A stretch of DNA of 64,000 nucleotides from Octopus vulgaris (lineage: Eukaryota): positions 21,142,001 to 21,206,000 of the forward strand of contig OX597827.1 in the NCBI GenBank assembly GCA_951406725.2. Reading direction: 5' to 3'. Position 1 is the first letter of the stretch; each line of letters starts with the position of its first letter. The notes beneath the pieces are model-generated. The model was given only the letters and a program-made list of their open reading frames with translations, was not told the origin of the DNA and searched no databases. A program made the position numbers and the translations under genes. Shown piece by piece: positions 1 to 14,048 of the stretch.

Positions 1-19
1 GTGCATGTGTGTGTGCGTG

Positions 20-73
<54 letters not shown>

Positions 74-618
74 GGTATGTAATATAATACGAACTGCAGA
101 ATTTCCCTGAGGGTTACTAACAGTAAAAGTTTCCTGTCATAAGTGCAACCATCAGGCCAATGTCATTGGGATTTTGAAAAAAAAAAGCACAGCGCCGATG
201 CTCTTGCTTCTGCTAAGAAGCATACTCTACCTCTTGGACGGTTGAAATTAATTCTTTCCCCTTTGAAGCATATGAATCTCAAAGAGTAATTACATTTAAT
301 AAACCGAAAACAGAACAAGAATAGAAAGAAATTAGAACAAAAAGAGAAAATAATGTTTAAGGACTTAAGAGTGGTAAATGTTTCTATAACAAGAGAAAAT
401 AGGGTTCGGGGAAGAAACGAAGAAAGAGAATTTAAAACTAAGGGAAGCGAAAAATAAGAGAAGTAAAATACATGCTTATATTAACATATGTTTATGACAT
501 TGTATGGTGTGTCTTTTGGAATTAGCTACCAGATACGTAATAGCCCATTTACGCATTAGATGCTTCTCAAAGTGTCTGCATTTCGCGAAAATCCCTAACT
601 TGGTGCTCGAGTAGAGAG

Positions 619-663
619 ACAGTGAGAAAGGTGGCAAGACAGCGGATTATAGAAATGCACTTT

Positions 664-724
<61 letters not shown>

Positions 725-780
725 GTGTATATATATGTATATATATATATAAATATGTATATATATAAATATATAATATA

Positions 781-862
<82 letters not shown>

Positions 863-927
863 TATATTATATATTTATATATATACATATTTATATATAT
901 ACATATATATACACATATATACATATT

Positions 928-975
<48 letters not shown>

Positions 976-1016
976 TGCATTTCTATAATCCGCTGTCTTG
1001 CCACCTTTCTCACTGT
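619..1016. repeat. ~400-bp AT-rich palindrome
   Basis: About 47 bp of unique arm (ACAGTGAGAAAGGTGGCAAGACAGCGGATTATAGAAATGCACTTTTA) with its exact reverse complement ending at 1016. The interruptions of the internal (AT)n are also mirror-symmetric. Confidence 0.9.
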
Positions 1017-1258
1017 ATATATCCGCAAGCATAACAATATATGTACAATACAAAGACCAGCACGTGTCAGCATCGAAAATGGATGTTAAATGATGATGAC
1101 AGTGTATTGTATATAGCGTGTGTGTTTGTGTGTGTTTGTGTGTGTGTACATACATTGTATATGAATACAATTATCTATAACAGTGCTAATTAAAATCAAT
1201 CGATATACAGATACAAGGTGTTTACAACTATCGATAACTACTAACCAAAATCAATTAT

Positions 1259-1308
<50 letters not shown>

Positions 1309-1349
1309 AAATAAGCAACAAGGATATCCAAGGTAGTGTAGTACAATCG

Positions 1350-1403
<54 letters not shown>

Positions 1404-1659
1404 ATAGTGCCACCATGAAGCATTGAAACAAAACACTGTTAATGGGCGCTAATAATCGATAAATCAAATTCATGTGGGCGGTGGAAAGGCGGTGATTGGC
1501 CGGGTGTTCGGGTGGCTGTATGAATATAGCGTCTTTGACGTTAAATGTTGTTAAGTGCTGTATATCAGAATTGTATGACAACGAACAACAAGAATTTTAT
1601 TGTCATCGTAAGTTTGAATGGCTAACTGTATTGACAGAATCGACAGACAGGCAGCTAAA

Positions 1660-2104
<445 letters not shown>

Positions 2105-2125
2105 TTAAAACCTATAACAACAATT

Positions 2126-2868
2126 GGATCTTTTCCTTTTGAACGGCACATGTCAACACAATTTCTAGTTAACTAAACACTTTAAAACTTCGTATACTGG
2201 TAGAATGTGTCAAAATAAAACATTTTTTCTCTTGGCTTTCTTGATAGCATTGTAATTCGTTTGTTTAACGTAGTTTAATTTTTCGAATCTTAACCAATGA
2301 ATCGCCTCTAATTAAGCTAAAATCATTTGCTGCGTCTAAAACTGAGACAACATCCTGTCACTAACCCTAAACCTCACCCTAACCCTAACCCTAGTTTTTT
2401 TTCTTAACTGTTAAATTAATTTAATTGTTACGCGTGTAAAAAAAATGGAAAGCTAAAACGAAAGCAATGGAAAATAATTTGAAACAATCAACAAACAAAA
2501 TAATTCTATAATTTTATACAGAATTATTGTTTAAATTATTTTCCATTGCTTTCGTTTTAGCTTTCCTTTTTTTTTACACGCGTAACAATTAAATTAATTT
2601 AACAATTAAGAAAAAAATTAGGGTTAGGGTTAGTGAAGGATGTTGTCTCAGTTTTAGACGCAGCAAATGATTTTAGCTCAATTAGAGGCGATTCATTGGT
2701 TAAAATTCGAAAAATTAAACTACGTTAAACAAACTAGTTACAATTTTATCAAGAAAGCCAAGAGAAAAAAATGCTTTATTTTGACACATTCTACGAGTAT
2801 ACGAAGTTTTAAAGTGTTTAGTTAACTAGAAATTGTGTTGACATGTGCCGTTCAAAAGGAAAAGATCC
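2126..2868. mobile_element. Foldback (fully palindromic) non-autonomous DNA transposon with 8-bp TSD
   Basis: Termini GGATCTTTTCCTTTTGAACGGCAC / GTGCCGTTCAAAAGGAAAAGATCC. Arms are complementary over about 360 bp. TSD CAACAATT on both sides. Internal CCCTAA/TTAGGG repeats. Confidence 0.92.
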
Positions 2869-3805
2869 CAACAATTGATTTCCACAATAATCAGATTTTT
2901 ACCTTTTATTATTTTAATTATATTACGGAGATGTACTTGCATAGCAAGTGATTTGATCTGAGATCGTGTGCTGAAACGAAAACAATTGCAGCGTGGAAGG
3001 TGTTTGTAAGCCATTGCAGCAAGGATTTTTGTCAGTGAACAGGTCGCGGTCTTAAAGCGACGAAAATATTTTGACAAATTAAACTTAAATGTTGATGTGT
3101 ATTTTACAAGTAATTTCATGTAATTATAAACATGGTGTCAATAACTATCACAAGATGGTGTAGTTAAAGGGAGATAATTTATAATATCGCAACAATTTTT
3201 CGGGTGAATATTATTTTTTCAAATTAATCTTGTTGTCAATTCAAAACTGGTTAGAGCTTCTCAACAAATTTCTTCTTTTTTTTTCTCTTTTCTCACCTCT
3301 TTTTGAAATATTGTTCTCTATTTCAAAATGACCACTGTTTGATATTGGGGTTTCAAATTTGTTGCCAGTATACTCTGATAATTAATTTTCTGTCTGGCCA
3401 ATATATTTATACTTGTTAATAATCTGACACAATAAATCAGATTTGTTTTTTCCAGTTCATACTTCATTTGTAAATATTTTTCTTCCGCTCTTTATGTTGA
3501 TATAATGAATATATTAACACCTCTTTATCGTCCGTCTATCATGGATGATTGTTCTAGTTGTCTGCCCCATTTGGAACAGCGTTGTCCGCTTCTATTTCTC
3601 CTCCATTGAGTGTTCGACAGAATCTAAGCGTGGACAGTATGGTATAGAGAGAGCTAGTTGTTGCCCATACAGCGTGTCCCCATTCTCCACATCATTGATG
3701 TATTCAGAAGAACAGCACGCCCGTTACAATTTAGCGCCAGTGTCGTTGCATGAGAGTTGCCAGAACTGCTTCAAGTGCTCCAACTCCCGATTTTTTTATC
3801 AGGGA

Positions 3806-4649
3806 CTAGCAGAATTGCCCGGCGTTGCTCGGGGCTGAATTGCTTGAAAGTACTGTTAATGATTGCACTGAATTATGATGATTATTCAGGCAAATATTGA
3901 TATAAGCTTACGGTGGGAGATAAGGACTTAACGATCAAACGTGTGCCATTGCATTGTTTTGGGGGAACCAAATTTCTGATGAGCATTATAGGGGCACCAA
4001 CTTTAAGTTTGAGAATGTGTGGTGGTAGTCCGGGGTGCTCAAAGGAATTGAGTACCTCTATTGGATAGTTGATGACGTCCTCTGGGTCAGGAGTTGTATC
4101 GATAGACTGATATACATAGACTTCCCCAGGAATGAGTTTTAGCATTTCATCATTAATATGGTGAACAGTTTTATTCCTCGGGGCCAGTATAGCCTTTTTG
4201 CCAATCCAATCCATATTCTGATAATTAGCTTGTAGATCTGGGAACACTGCATCTCTGAGATCAGAAGGCGTCTTAACAATGGTACAAATGGAATCGATGG
4301 CAATATTACCATTTTCATCCCCTGGTATTTTGCCTTCGCCAAGTGCAAGGAGGGTGTGAGGAAATGCTGCTGATGTGATATTACGTCGCATATGAGCACG
4401 CATATTGGTGTGAAGTTTGAGAGTTACTTCCCTTTACTTAAAAAATATGCATTAAAATGGAAAAAAATGATGGTAAATTATTTGTAAAATCATAGACTCA
4501 TCGTAGACGCGCGCTAATACCCAGAAGGGCTCGATATGAATCACGACTATAAGATACCCGGTTTTGGTTAAACTGCATCGCAAAATGTGGGAGTAGTTAG
4601 GAATCTAAATCGGAGTAGACAGACACACAACCTTTCTTTTATATATAAA
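3806..4649 (-). mobile_element. Internally deleted Helitron carrying a PIF1 helicase fragment
   Basis: 3' end GCAACGCCGGGC...CTAG|T. ORF 3882-4403 contains AILAPRN, PGLPPHILKLKVGAPIMLIRNL and CNGTRL (PIF1 motifs). 5' part shared with the copies at 19417 and 61295. Confidence 0.92.
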
Positions 4650-4650
4650 T

Positions 4651-5328
4651 ATTTTCGTCCTAAAAAACTTTGTATGGATTGAATGGTTACCTCTATGGAA
4701 ATATATACACGCACATTATACATACATGTGTGTATAGATGAATATAAAAATACATTTAAATATCTATATACACTTTTGGGCGATCTTTCTGTTTCTTAGA
4801 GATAACTTTAGATCTTATTTTCGTCCTAAAAAACTTTGTATGGAGTGAATGGTTACCTCTATGGAAATATATATACACGCGTTATACATACATGTGTGCA
4901 TAGATGAATATATAAATACATTTATATATCTATATACAGTTTTGGGCGATCTTTGTGCTACTTAGAGATAACTTTAGATCTTATTTTCGTCCTAACAAAC
5001 TTTGTGCGGAGTGAATGGTTACGTCTATGGAAATATATACACACACATTATACATACATCTGTGTATAGATGAATATATAAATACATTTAAATATCTATA
5101 TACACTTTTGTGCGATCTTTCTGCTACTTGGATATACTTTAGATCTTATATTCGTCCTAAAAAACTTTGTATGGAGTAAAAGGTTACCTCTATGGAAATA
5201 TATACACACACATTATACATACATCTGTGTATAGATGAATATATAAATACATTTAAATATCTATATACACTTTTGGGCGATCTTTCTGCTACTTGGATAT
5301 AGGTCTTATATTCGTCCTAAAAAACTTT
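4651..5328. repeat. ~166-bp tandem repeat, about 4 copies
   Basis: TT(T/A)TTCGTCCTAAAAAACTTT recurs at about 4652, 4818, 4984, 5149 and 5309 with conserved unit interiors. Confidence 0.92.
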
Positions 5329-5419
5329 CCTGTCACACACTCACGCACACGCACACACACACACACACACACCCTCACACACACACACGCACACACACAC
5401 ACACGCACACACACACGTT

Positions 5420-5772
5420 AGCTTACAATTTTATTTATATATTTGCGTGTCTATGTGTGTAAAGAGGAAGTGGCAGAGTGAAAGAGTCACTCAGTACAAA
5501 AAGTGAATTACTTTCACTTTATTCGTTGCACACTGTGTGTGTGCGTGTGGTGTAGGCCACACTAAGAAAAGCATTTGACTTATACACCACAATGTGAGTT
5601 TTCTCTAAATTTTGCTTAATTGGGGTTGAAATTTTAAAAACTGGACCTGGCACGACCCGATGCATTCTATTCTTAAAAATGCTAGGTAAATTGTAATTGA
5701 AGAAATCCTATATTGTAGATTTCTATAAGATACAAAGGGAGGCAGATAAAATCTGCCTTTTATAATAAGAGA
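5420..5772 (-). mobile_element. Probable 5' end of a second non-autonomous Helitron
   Basis: Minus strand begins A|TCTCTTATTATAAAAGGCAG, resembling the other Helitron 5' ends here. 3' end not identified. Confidence 0.5.
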
Positions 5773-5773
5773 T

Positions 5774-6021
5774 TACGCTTGTGTGGTTTTTCTAGCTTTG
5801 TGATGTGTTACAATGTCCGGGCGTACAAAACATTTCTTTCAAAATTACGAATAGCTGTGACATTTGCGCCAAATTCCAAAGAGTTGTGAATAAGGGGTTT
5901 ATAGATGGAAGAGTAAAATTCTATTATATCTATTATGTGCAAATTTACAATTACATAAATTATCTCTTTAGTTAAGTCAATTAGTTATAATGGAACTATT
6001 TTCCCACAAAGTCATATTCGT
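5774..6021 (+). repeat. ~248-bp direct repeat, copy 1 (copy 2 at 8452-8699)
   Basis: TACGCTTGTGTG...TCATATTCGT is near-identical at both sites. Confidence 0.9.
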
Positions 6022-6542
6022 TTCCCTTTCCCTAGATGGTTCCTCCATCTCAGCCCAGCTAACGATCTCCATTGGTCCGATTGATTTATTTATTAACCCA
6101 TAACTGGGATCCTGACAGATGCTACAACTCCGAGCCGGAGTAGCGCTAGCAAGAATAATGGCTAAGAAGTGATTCCGCTCTCCTCAAAGCCCTGCATCTC
6201 GCAAACCAGAGCCCTACCCCGGATGCAATTACACCCAGGACATATTGACATGTGCCACAGTTATTAACCTTACACTTGTGAGGTTTTTATTGCTGTTGCT
6301 TCGATCAAACTTCGCTTTTGTCAACAATCAACAATTGTTTTAATAATATTGAAAGGTCACCAGAGAAGTGAACTTACACAACCAGATGTAGTTGGCATAA
6401 AACTGATGGAACTCTTACTGATTCCGTTGACTTGAAGTAACAGAAAATAGGAAGCCTAGTGGTGTTGTATTGTATGCGGATGTGTGTCGGTTAATAAGAA
6501 TAAGGCAGTGGGCGACAGGTGACGGGGCCAAGTTTAGTTTAA

Positions 6543-6905
6543 TCTCTATATATATAAACGGCAAAATGTCTGCGTGCGTGTCCTTTATACAAATCCACAA
6601 TTTTTCAGTTAGAGGGCTCGCACTTTCTATGGTCATTTAAAACCGTCCAAGGGTGGTCATGCACATCTTTACATTTCCCCAGTCACCCCGCAAAGCCATT
6701 AAAAAATCAATAGAAGTGATTTTTGGTGAATTTTCTATCCAAAACCCAATCAAAATGCCCGAAACTTGATTCGCCAATTGAATGCCAGCTAGCTATATGT
6801 GATTGGTCGGAGATTTGGACAGTACTCGCGTGTATGTGTGCACGCACGCAGCTGTATATGCATGCGCTAGCACTATGACCCGGCGTTGCTGGGTCATAAT
6901 GCTAG
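6543..6905 (+). mobile_element. Non-autonomous Helitron
   Basis: A|TCTCTATATATATAAA start, subterminal hairpin ATGACCCGGC-GTT-GCTGGGTCAT, CTAG|T end. Inserted in AT with no TSD. Confidence 0.88.
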
Positions 6906-7672
6906 TATATAATATAGAACGGTGTTAAGAGCGTTTGAAGATATCTATGAGTCGATGTGGAAAGCTTGTACGAGATGGGACTAATTGATGAAGAGAGGAT
7001 TTGCAAAATACTCAGCTTCCGAGCTAGCGGCATCGGTGTAGGGGGGAAGAGGAGTTGAGGATGCTGTACTCCCTAAAGACAACGACTAGGGAGAGGAGTG
7101 GAGTGAGATAAACATCCTCAACACAGGAAGGGATGTGGTCGAAGAGATTCTCGTGATTTCAGGAGTTAAAAGATCGGAAGAGGAAGCAGATGGTTTAGAA
7201 GAATTGGTGGCGAGAGACTTGTTGCTGATATCCAGGTTAGTAACATCAAAAAATGGAGTTTCCCCATTCTCGCAGTCACTCATCTCTCTCGATTGAGCCA
7301 ATCGTCTCTGTCATGAACATAGATACCACCTTTCAGGATCAAGATACAATGGACAGTGAAGCGTGGACAGCTGAGAGGAGTTGAATACTGGCTTTGAGAA
7401 ATCGGTGTCTCGAAGACAAAAGAGGATGTGACACTCGTAGAATGGAACAACATCCATAGCAGAGAAGGGAAAAGTGTTCAGAGGATTTTTTTAATGCATT
7501 TCGAGACGTGTAGGGGGAGTGGTGGTTCATTGAAAGATCATTGCAACCTTCTGACGCCTGAACCGAATGCTTACAACAGAGTAAACTCTGCTAAAAGTAC
7601 CCAAGAACTAAGTGGAAGAACCACACCCGGTGGTATCATAAAAATATGGGCATAGATACATACATCTACCTA

Positions 7673-7729
<57 letters not shown>

Positions 7730-8451
7730 GTAAGCGCGCGCACATACACACAAATATTTTTTCTCTTTGGTGAAACTTTGCCTTATATATTTTTCAATGA
7801 TTTCCGCTCAGTTTTATAATAAATATATTTTAAATGACAGAGGATTGCAATATGCATATTTGTATGTTTATGGGGGAGGTGAGGCTTCTGGAAAATTCCT
7901 AAAACGATCGAAGAACTTCAAAGAAATTCTGACTAGGATGTTCAGAATTTATTTGTTTTGAGGATGACGTTTTGACATTAGCTCGTTTCTAGAATTTGAT
8001 AAGGGAAGTCATCTAGATGAAGAATTGCTTATGGCTGCACAATGGCATTGCTCAACATCCGCCAGAATATGGCTTAGCAAAATAGACTTCTGTCCACAAT
8101 ATCTTAAAGTTTATGATACCCAAAAGAAAATGTCTGTTTGTACCTTCTCATAAAGACGCATTCTTTTAAGCCTATTGTAACATGTTTTCTGCCAACTTCA
8201 CCTTGGCACAATATATCAATTTCTTGCTGTGGCATATATTGTTAAATGGACGTTAGTTAGTACTCGTATAGTTGCATTGGGGTTCATTAGCTGTTTTTGT
8301 AATTTCGTCTGTTATCGAGAGAAAGTAACAGACTTTCATGGAATTTTTGTTAAAGGTTTTTTAATATTTATCACCAATTAGAAAGTATGTCTGTATAACT
8401 GTTAATAAAGATTTTGCGATATTAAATGTCGCATTCGGACTAAATAGATAA

Positions 8452-8699
8452 TACGCTTGTGTGATTTTTGTAGCTTTGTGATGTGTTACAATGTCCAGGC
8501 GTACGTAACGTTTCTTTCAAAATTACGAATAGCTGTGAAATTTGCGCCAAATTCCAAAGAGTTGTGAATAAGGGGTTTACAAATGGAAGGGTAAAATTCT
8601 ATTATATCTATTATGTGCAAATTTACAATTACATAAATTATCTCTTTAGTTAAGTCAATTAGTTATAATGGAACTATTTTCTCACAAATTCATATTCGT
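8452..8699 (+). repeat. ~248-bp direct repeat, copy 2
   Basis: Aligns by eye to 5774-6021 with scattered substitutions. Confidence 0.9.
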
Positions 8700-9783
8700 A
8701 ACTTGACAAACTTTATCGCATCGGAAATATATTTAGCAACTATGTCTAACGGGAGTGGAAGAAACAAAAAAGTTACCTTATGATCTTTAAATGTAATTTA
8801 GGATGTATCCAATTCAAAGTATTCAATTCTCTCTAATTAAAGTTTGGTGGCGAATATTTGTTGCTTCTTAATTAATCTTAAGCGTGGTACTAACGGTTGA
8901 TTGCAATAAGTGAAACTCATTAATACAATTGCATTTGCCTACTGATGGTAAAACGACTTCCGTTCACTGAAATGGTTGCATGCTTCATTATGTCAAAATC
9001 GCTCATTGCAAGAAACCTCACGTAATTTTGGTACAAAACATGGAATTGATTTCTCTGTAGACATTCTCAGTTCTTACGCCAAAGACAGGCGAGAGATAAA
9101 CTTGGCCATGTACCATGCTGCGAGACGTCTGACTTCATTAAAATCAAGAAGTGTTTATGAAGTAAGAAATAGCAGAAATTTTATCTGGATCCGGCTTTAT
9201 TCCATCTTTGGCGAGTTTGGTCAACAAAAAACTAATTTTAATTACTAGCAAGGACACGGTATTCCGTTTTGCAACCACAAAACGCTACCGAGTATATTAA
9301 AGGTTAACGAGTTAATATCGTCTTACTTTTGGGGTTAGCATTGCAATATTCTTATTTTTAAGCGATAAACTATAGATTTTCTATCGAATTCAGAGCCAGT
9401 GAGTTACCGCTCACCCATCAACAATTTTTCTATCTTCAATCACATTGTTTACAGGTTTGAGCGTGAAGTGAAGGCTGTTTATGCGTGTTCGCATCTATAG
9501 TAGCGTGCAATATTTGAAGTGATGCTGGCTTGGCAGGAGTAACTGATCTTAACATTGTGCGATCGAATAGTTCATAATGCTTATTGGTTCTAAGGAAAAG
9601 TCTTAGAAGCGATAAATTACGGGACTCAGTGGAAGTGTAGAATATTCTTTAATACATTATGACTAAAAGGCTCCTATTTGCAGTACTCCGAGTTACATAT
9701 TTCCAATCATCAGCTTTCCCTTTGAAATATTTGCCGTTTGAAAATATTTTTGAAATATTATTTGAAAGTTATGAAGAAAACGC

Positions 9784-10207
9784 GGATCTTTTCGGTTTGA
9801 ACGGCAGTTTTTTCTAGCGGTGTCATATGAAATTGTCACCCATAATTATGACCCTAGTATCGATCTATTGCATTTCAATCTGTTTTAGGGTTAGGGTTAA
9901 GGTTAGGGGTGGGGGGAAGGGTATCTTTTTTTCTTCACAAATATAAACAAACCCAATCTGTTTCTTAAACGAGGGACATATTCATACGGCACAGAATGCT
10001 GTTTTTACCTCAATAGACGTCAGTGATTGGTTGAAATTGCAGAAATTGAAGAAAAAAACAACAAATATCTTACAAACTATAGAATTTTCTCAATAAAACC
10101 AAGAGAAAAAGATGTTTTATAAACACATTCTACCAGTATACGAAGTTTAACATTTTTTAGTTACCTAGAAATTATGTTAAAAACTGCCGTTCAAACCGAA
10201 AAGATCC
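9784..10207. mobile_element. MITE, GGATCTTTTCGGTTTGAACGGCAG TIR family
   Basis: Both TIRs present, internal TTAGGG/G-tract. No clean TSD at this copy. Confidence 0.88.
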
Positions 10208-10894
10208 GAGTGCGTTTTGTGTGCGCCTGTGTATATACATATCTATACTTATACGCACATATATCCACGAAATTATGTATGCATACATATATATACATGT
10301 ATGCATATATATATACATACGCACACATGTTGATGATGATAAGGAAATTGCTTAACATTCGTATCGACTCTCCGACTACGTGGAGCTGGCATGAATTTCT
10401 TAACTATTCCACTATATTGCGTTTACTGAGCGCGAGTGCGCGCGCACAGACATACACACATTGATACACTCTATTATATAATATATACATAATACACACG
10501 TATGTATAAATATATATAACTTATGCAATGATATATACCAAACACACACACGCATGCATGCACATACGTCTGTGTGTGTTCATGTATGAATGTGTTATGT
10601 AACGTGTGTGTTCTTCATTAGGTGTGTATAAAAATGTATGTGTGGGTTTATGCATGTGTGTATATGCATGTGTGCATGTGTGTGTGTGTGCATGTGTGTA
10701 TATGCATGTGTGTGAAAGCGAGTGCCCCAAAAGGTTATGACCCACAGCCGTTTTTACCTTATTGCTGGACTTCCTTTCTCATCTTGGAAATAATGACGTC
10801 AGACGCACGTTGACATTTCGCGTTCGGATTATCACCAACATTGCAAACATACAAAACCAACTACTGCCACTTACCACACACACGCGCGCGCGTA

Positions 10895-11576
<682 letters not shown>

Positions 11577-11899
11577 AGTGCGTTCGGCTAGATTTTGACG
11601 ATTTTATATGTCTCCTGTTTTCACGAACGGCTCTTGGCATATTAGTGAACGGTCGACGGTGTTGGAGAGCATAAAGGTTAGTTTAGAAAGAGTTAGCTGG
11701 AGGCCGTCTGAATACTGGGAAAGAGTTTGTTTGCGTCATGACGATTCGCGTCGGGTATCAAAACGCCAGCATCATGACTGCTGCTCAATACCCTGTGAAC
11801 ATTGTAAAGGGTGTAAGACAAAGAATGGACATCTGTAACAGAGGCTAGGAAGCGGTTGCCAGTAGGATGGGACACTGCAGGCGTTCTGACTGCGTCCGC

Positions 11900-12218
11900 A
11901 CGCTAGAATTCAACCCCCACGTCTTTAAACGGGGCATCAGGCTCAATTCAGACGGCTACTTGAAGCTGCTGGAGACTGTGGTCAATCCCTGGCCAAAGAG
12001 GGTTGTTGCTGAAAGGCCATATTTGTGGCAGTAGGATCCGGTTCCTCGACATGGTTCCAGAAAGTGTCAAAAGAGACAGTTGGAGAATTTCTATGAGTTT
12101 ACCAGCCCCAATATCTGGCCCCCTAATTCACCCAAAGGGAATCCCATGAATTTCTATGTGTGTGGCATGGTTGAGAAGGACACCAATTGCTCTGCCTGCA
12201 ACACCAAGACCAAGCTAC
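11900..12218 (+). mobile_element. Tc1/mariner transposase C-terminal fragment (decayed)
   Basis: YLKLLETVVNPW...PYLWQ*D...NIWPPNSPKGNPMNFYVCG, a degenerate WPPNSPDLNPMD motif. Boundaries approximate. Confidence 0.75.
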
Positions 12219-12689
12219 TTGGCTTACAAAGAATAAGTCCTGGAGTTGATTCACTCGACTAAAGGCGGTGCCCCAGCATGGCCACAGTCAAATGAGTGAA
12301 ACGAATAAAAGAACGGACTAAAGATCACCAGATGCATTACATCAATCAGTAACACTCGTTATATATAAATCACTTGACGACTCCACCGAGTTTGCTTTGT
12401 GAGTCAGGTGACTTTTGGACGCCCTGTAGGATGAAGAATAAAAACCAAACAAACTCATAAAAGTCAACGGTCATCCATTTGCATAGATATGTATTGGTTT
12501 ATATTATTTATCTTTACACACCTCTTTTAGCATTTGTCTGTATTCTATATATATATATATTCATGTATATTTTGTCATTTTATATTCTAGCTTAGTTATA
12601 AAGCTGTTTGCCCTTCAGTTCTGTGTGGACTTGGTGTGTCATGGGTGGAGGGTGCACAGTGATATAGACAGGGCTACATTTGCACTTTG

Positions 12690-12900
12690 TCACATGTGCA
12701 TGCTGACTAACATTGTACATCCTGCTTCCTTTCTTTCAAGCCTTCACATGTCCTCTGCATCCACAGCCTGCATTTCCCTATTACGTAGCATCTCTATTTG
12801 TACGCAAGCATCATAAATCTGCCCAGTTCTTTATGAGGGAGGCTTTTTGTTAAAAATGAAGGTAATAGCTCTCTGAACTTCCCTCATTTTGTAACAGGTA
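12690..12900 (-). mobile_element. Old RTE LINE fragment
   Basis: GQIYDACVQIEMLRNREMQAVDAEDM*RLERKEA aligns to the LHGSETWAVTAEDMHKLARNEA region of the RTE near 53200. Approximate. Confidence 0.6.
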
Positions 12901-13149
12901 AATTGAGGATTGATAAAAGGTCTCATCTGCATAAAAGAGATCTTATTTATTCAGTTTATATTGAGATTTGTGATAAAAAAACAGCAGATTTTCTGGCAGA
13001 TTTCCAGTGGGACAATCACTGAGTTGCTGCATTTCCAACAGTGAGAACCAACAATGAAGCATCTGCAATTCAGTGATCTTCACTCAAAAAAGCACCAATT
13101 TTTCTTATGCTTACAACATTCACCAATACAGACCAACTCTGACACACAC

Positions 13150-13499
13150 ACAAACACCCTGACTGGCTCCGTGCCAGTGGCACGTAAAAAGCACCATCCG
13201 AACATGGCCAATGCCAGTGACCCCTGACTGGCCCTGTACCAGTGGCACATAAAAAGCACCATCTGAATGTGATCGATGCCAGACCCACCTGAGTGGTTCC
13301 TTGTGCCGGTGGTATGTAAAAAGCACCCACTACACTCTCAGAGTGGTTGGCGTTAAGAAGAGCATCCAGCTGTAGAAACATTGCCAGATCAGATTGGAGC
13401 CTGGTGCAGCCACTGGCTCTCCAGACCTCATTCAAACCAGTCAACCCATGCCAGCATGGAAAACGGACGTTAAACGATGGTGATGATGATGATGATGAT
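13150..13499 (+). mobile_element. 5'-truncated RTE LINE 3' end with (GAT)n tail
   Basis: Matches the 3' UTR of the RTE at 52345-55150. Other copies at about 22505, 25715, 27140, 29555, 38160, 40490, 46880, 48310, 50868, 55338, 56160 and 57150. Confidence 0.8.
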
Positions 13500-14048
13500 A
13501 TATAGGTCAGTTGAGTTAGAAGTTAAAATAACCATCTAAGGGATAGAAATATCCATTACACTACCAGTATATTACCTATATTTAACCATGGATATACATA
13601 TGCAGACATATGCTCATAAATTACAGGTAAAGACAAAGATAAACATGTGTTTATCAAGAATCAAAATTTGAAGAAAACAGAAAATTGAGAAGTACTGATT
13701 AACAACAATTGACTTACATCAATTATTATTTATTAATTCAATACATCTGACAGCTGTTTCTGCTTCCAATGTTATATGGTACTGCCATTGATATTCAAAA
13801 TATGTAAAAAATATTTATCATATTTGGTAATAAAACCGATCTGAAACAAGGAGCTTCATCAGAGTGAAGAATAAATAAAGAGCATAGAGAAGAAAAAGGG
13901 AAAAGTTGAATATGGTTGTAATCCTAGCATTTTGCTTGTGTCACACAAATATAATATATACTAGTGTGACCACGTTATCTTTAAGATAGCGTATTTTATA
14001 TTGTATCATATATTTGTGTAATATATATATATATACATACGTATATAT

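Noticed and set aside
595-1436. YI-repeat ORFs (also at about 10760-11640, 24117-24705 and 47750-48220)
   Set aside because: Translations of (AT)n and (CA)n microsatellites.
2361-2634. Interstitial telomere or chromosome fusion site (CCCTAA...TTAGGG)
   Set aside because: Only 2-4 units, fully explained as internal parts of a TSD-flanked foldback element.
3882-4403. Host PIF1 helicase gene
   Set aside because: Partial, intronless and enclosed by Helitron termini.
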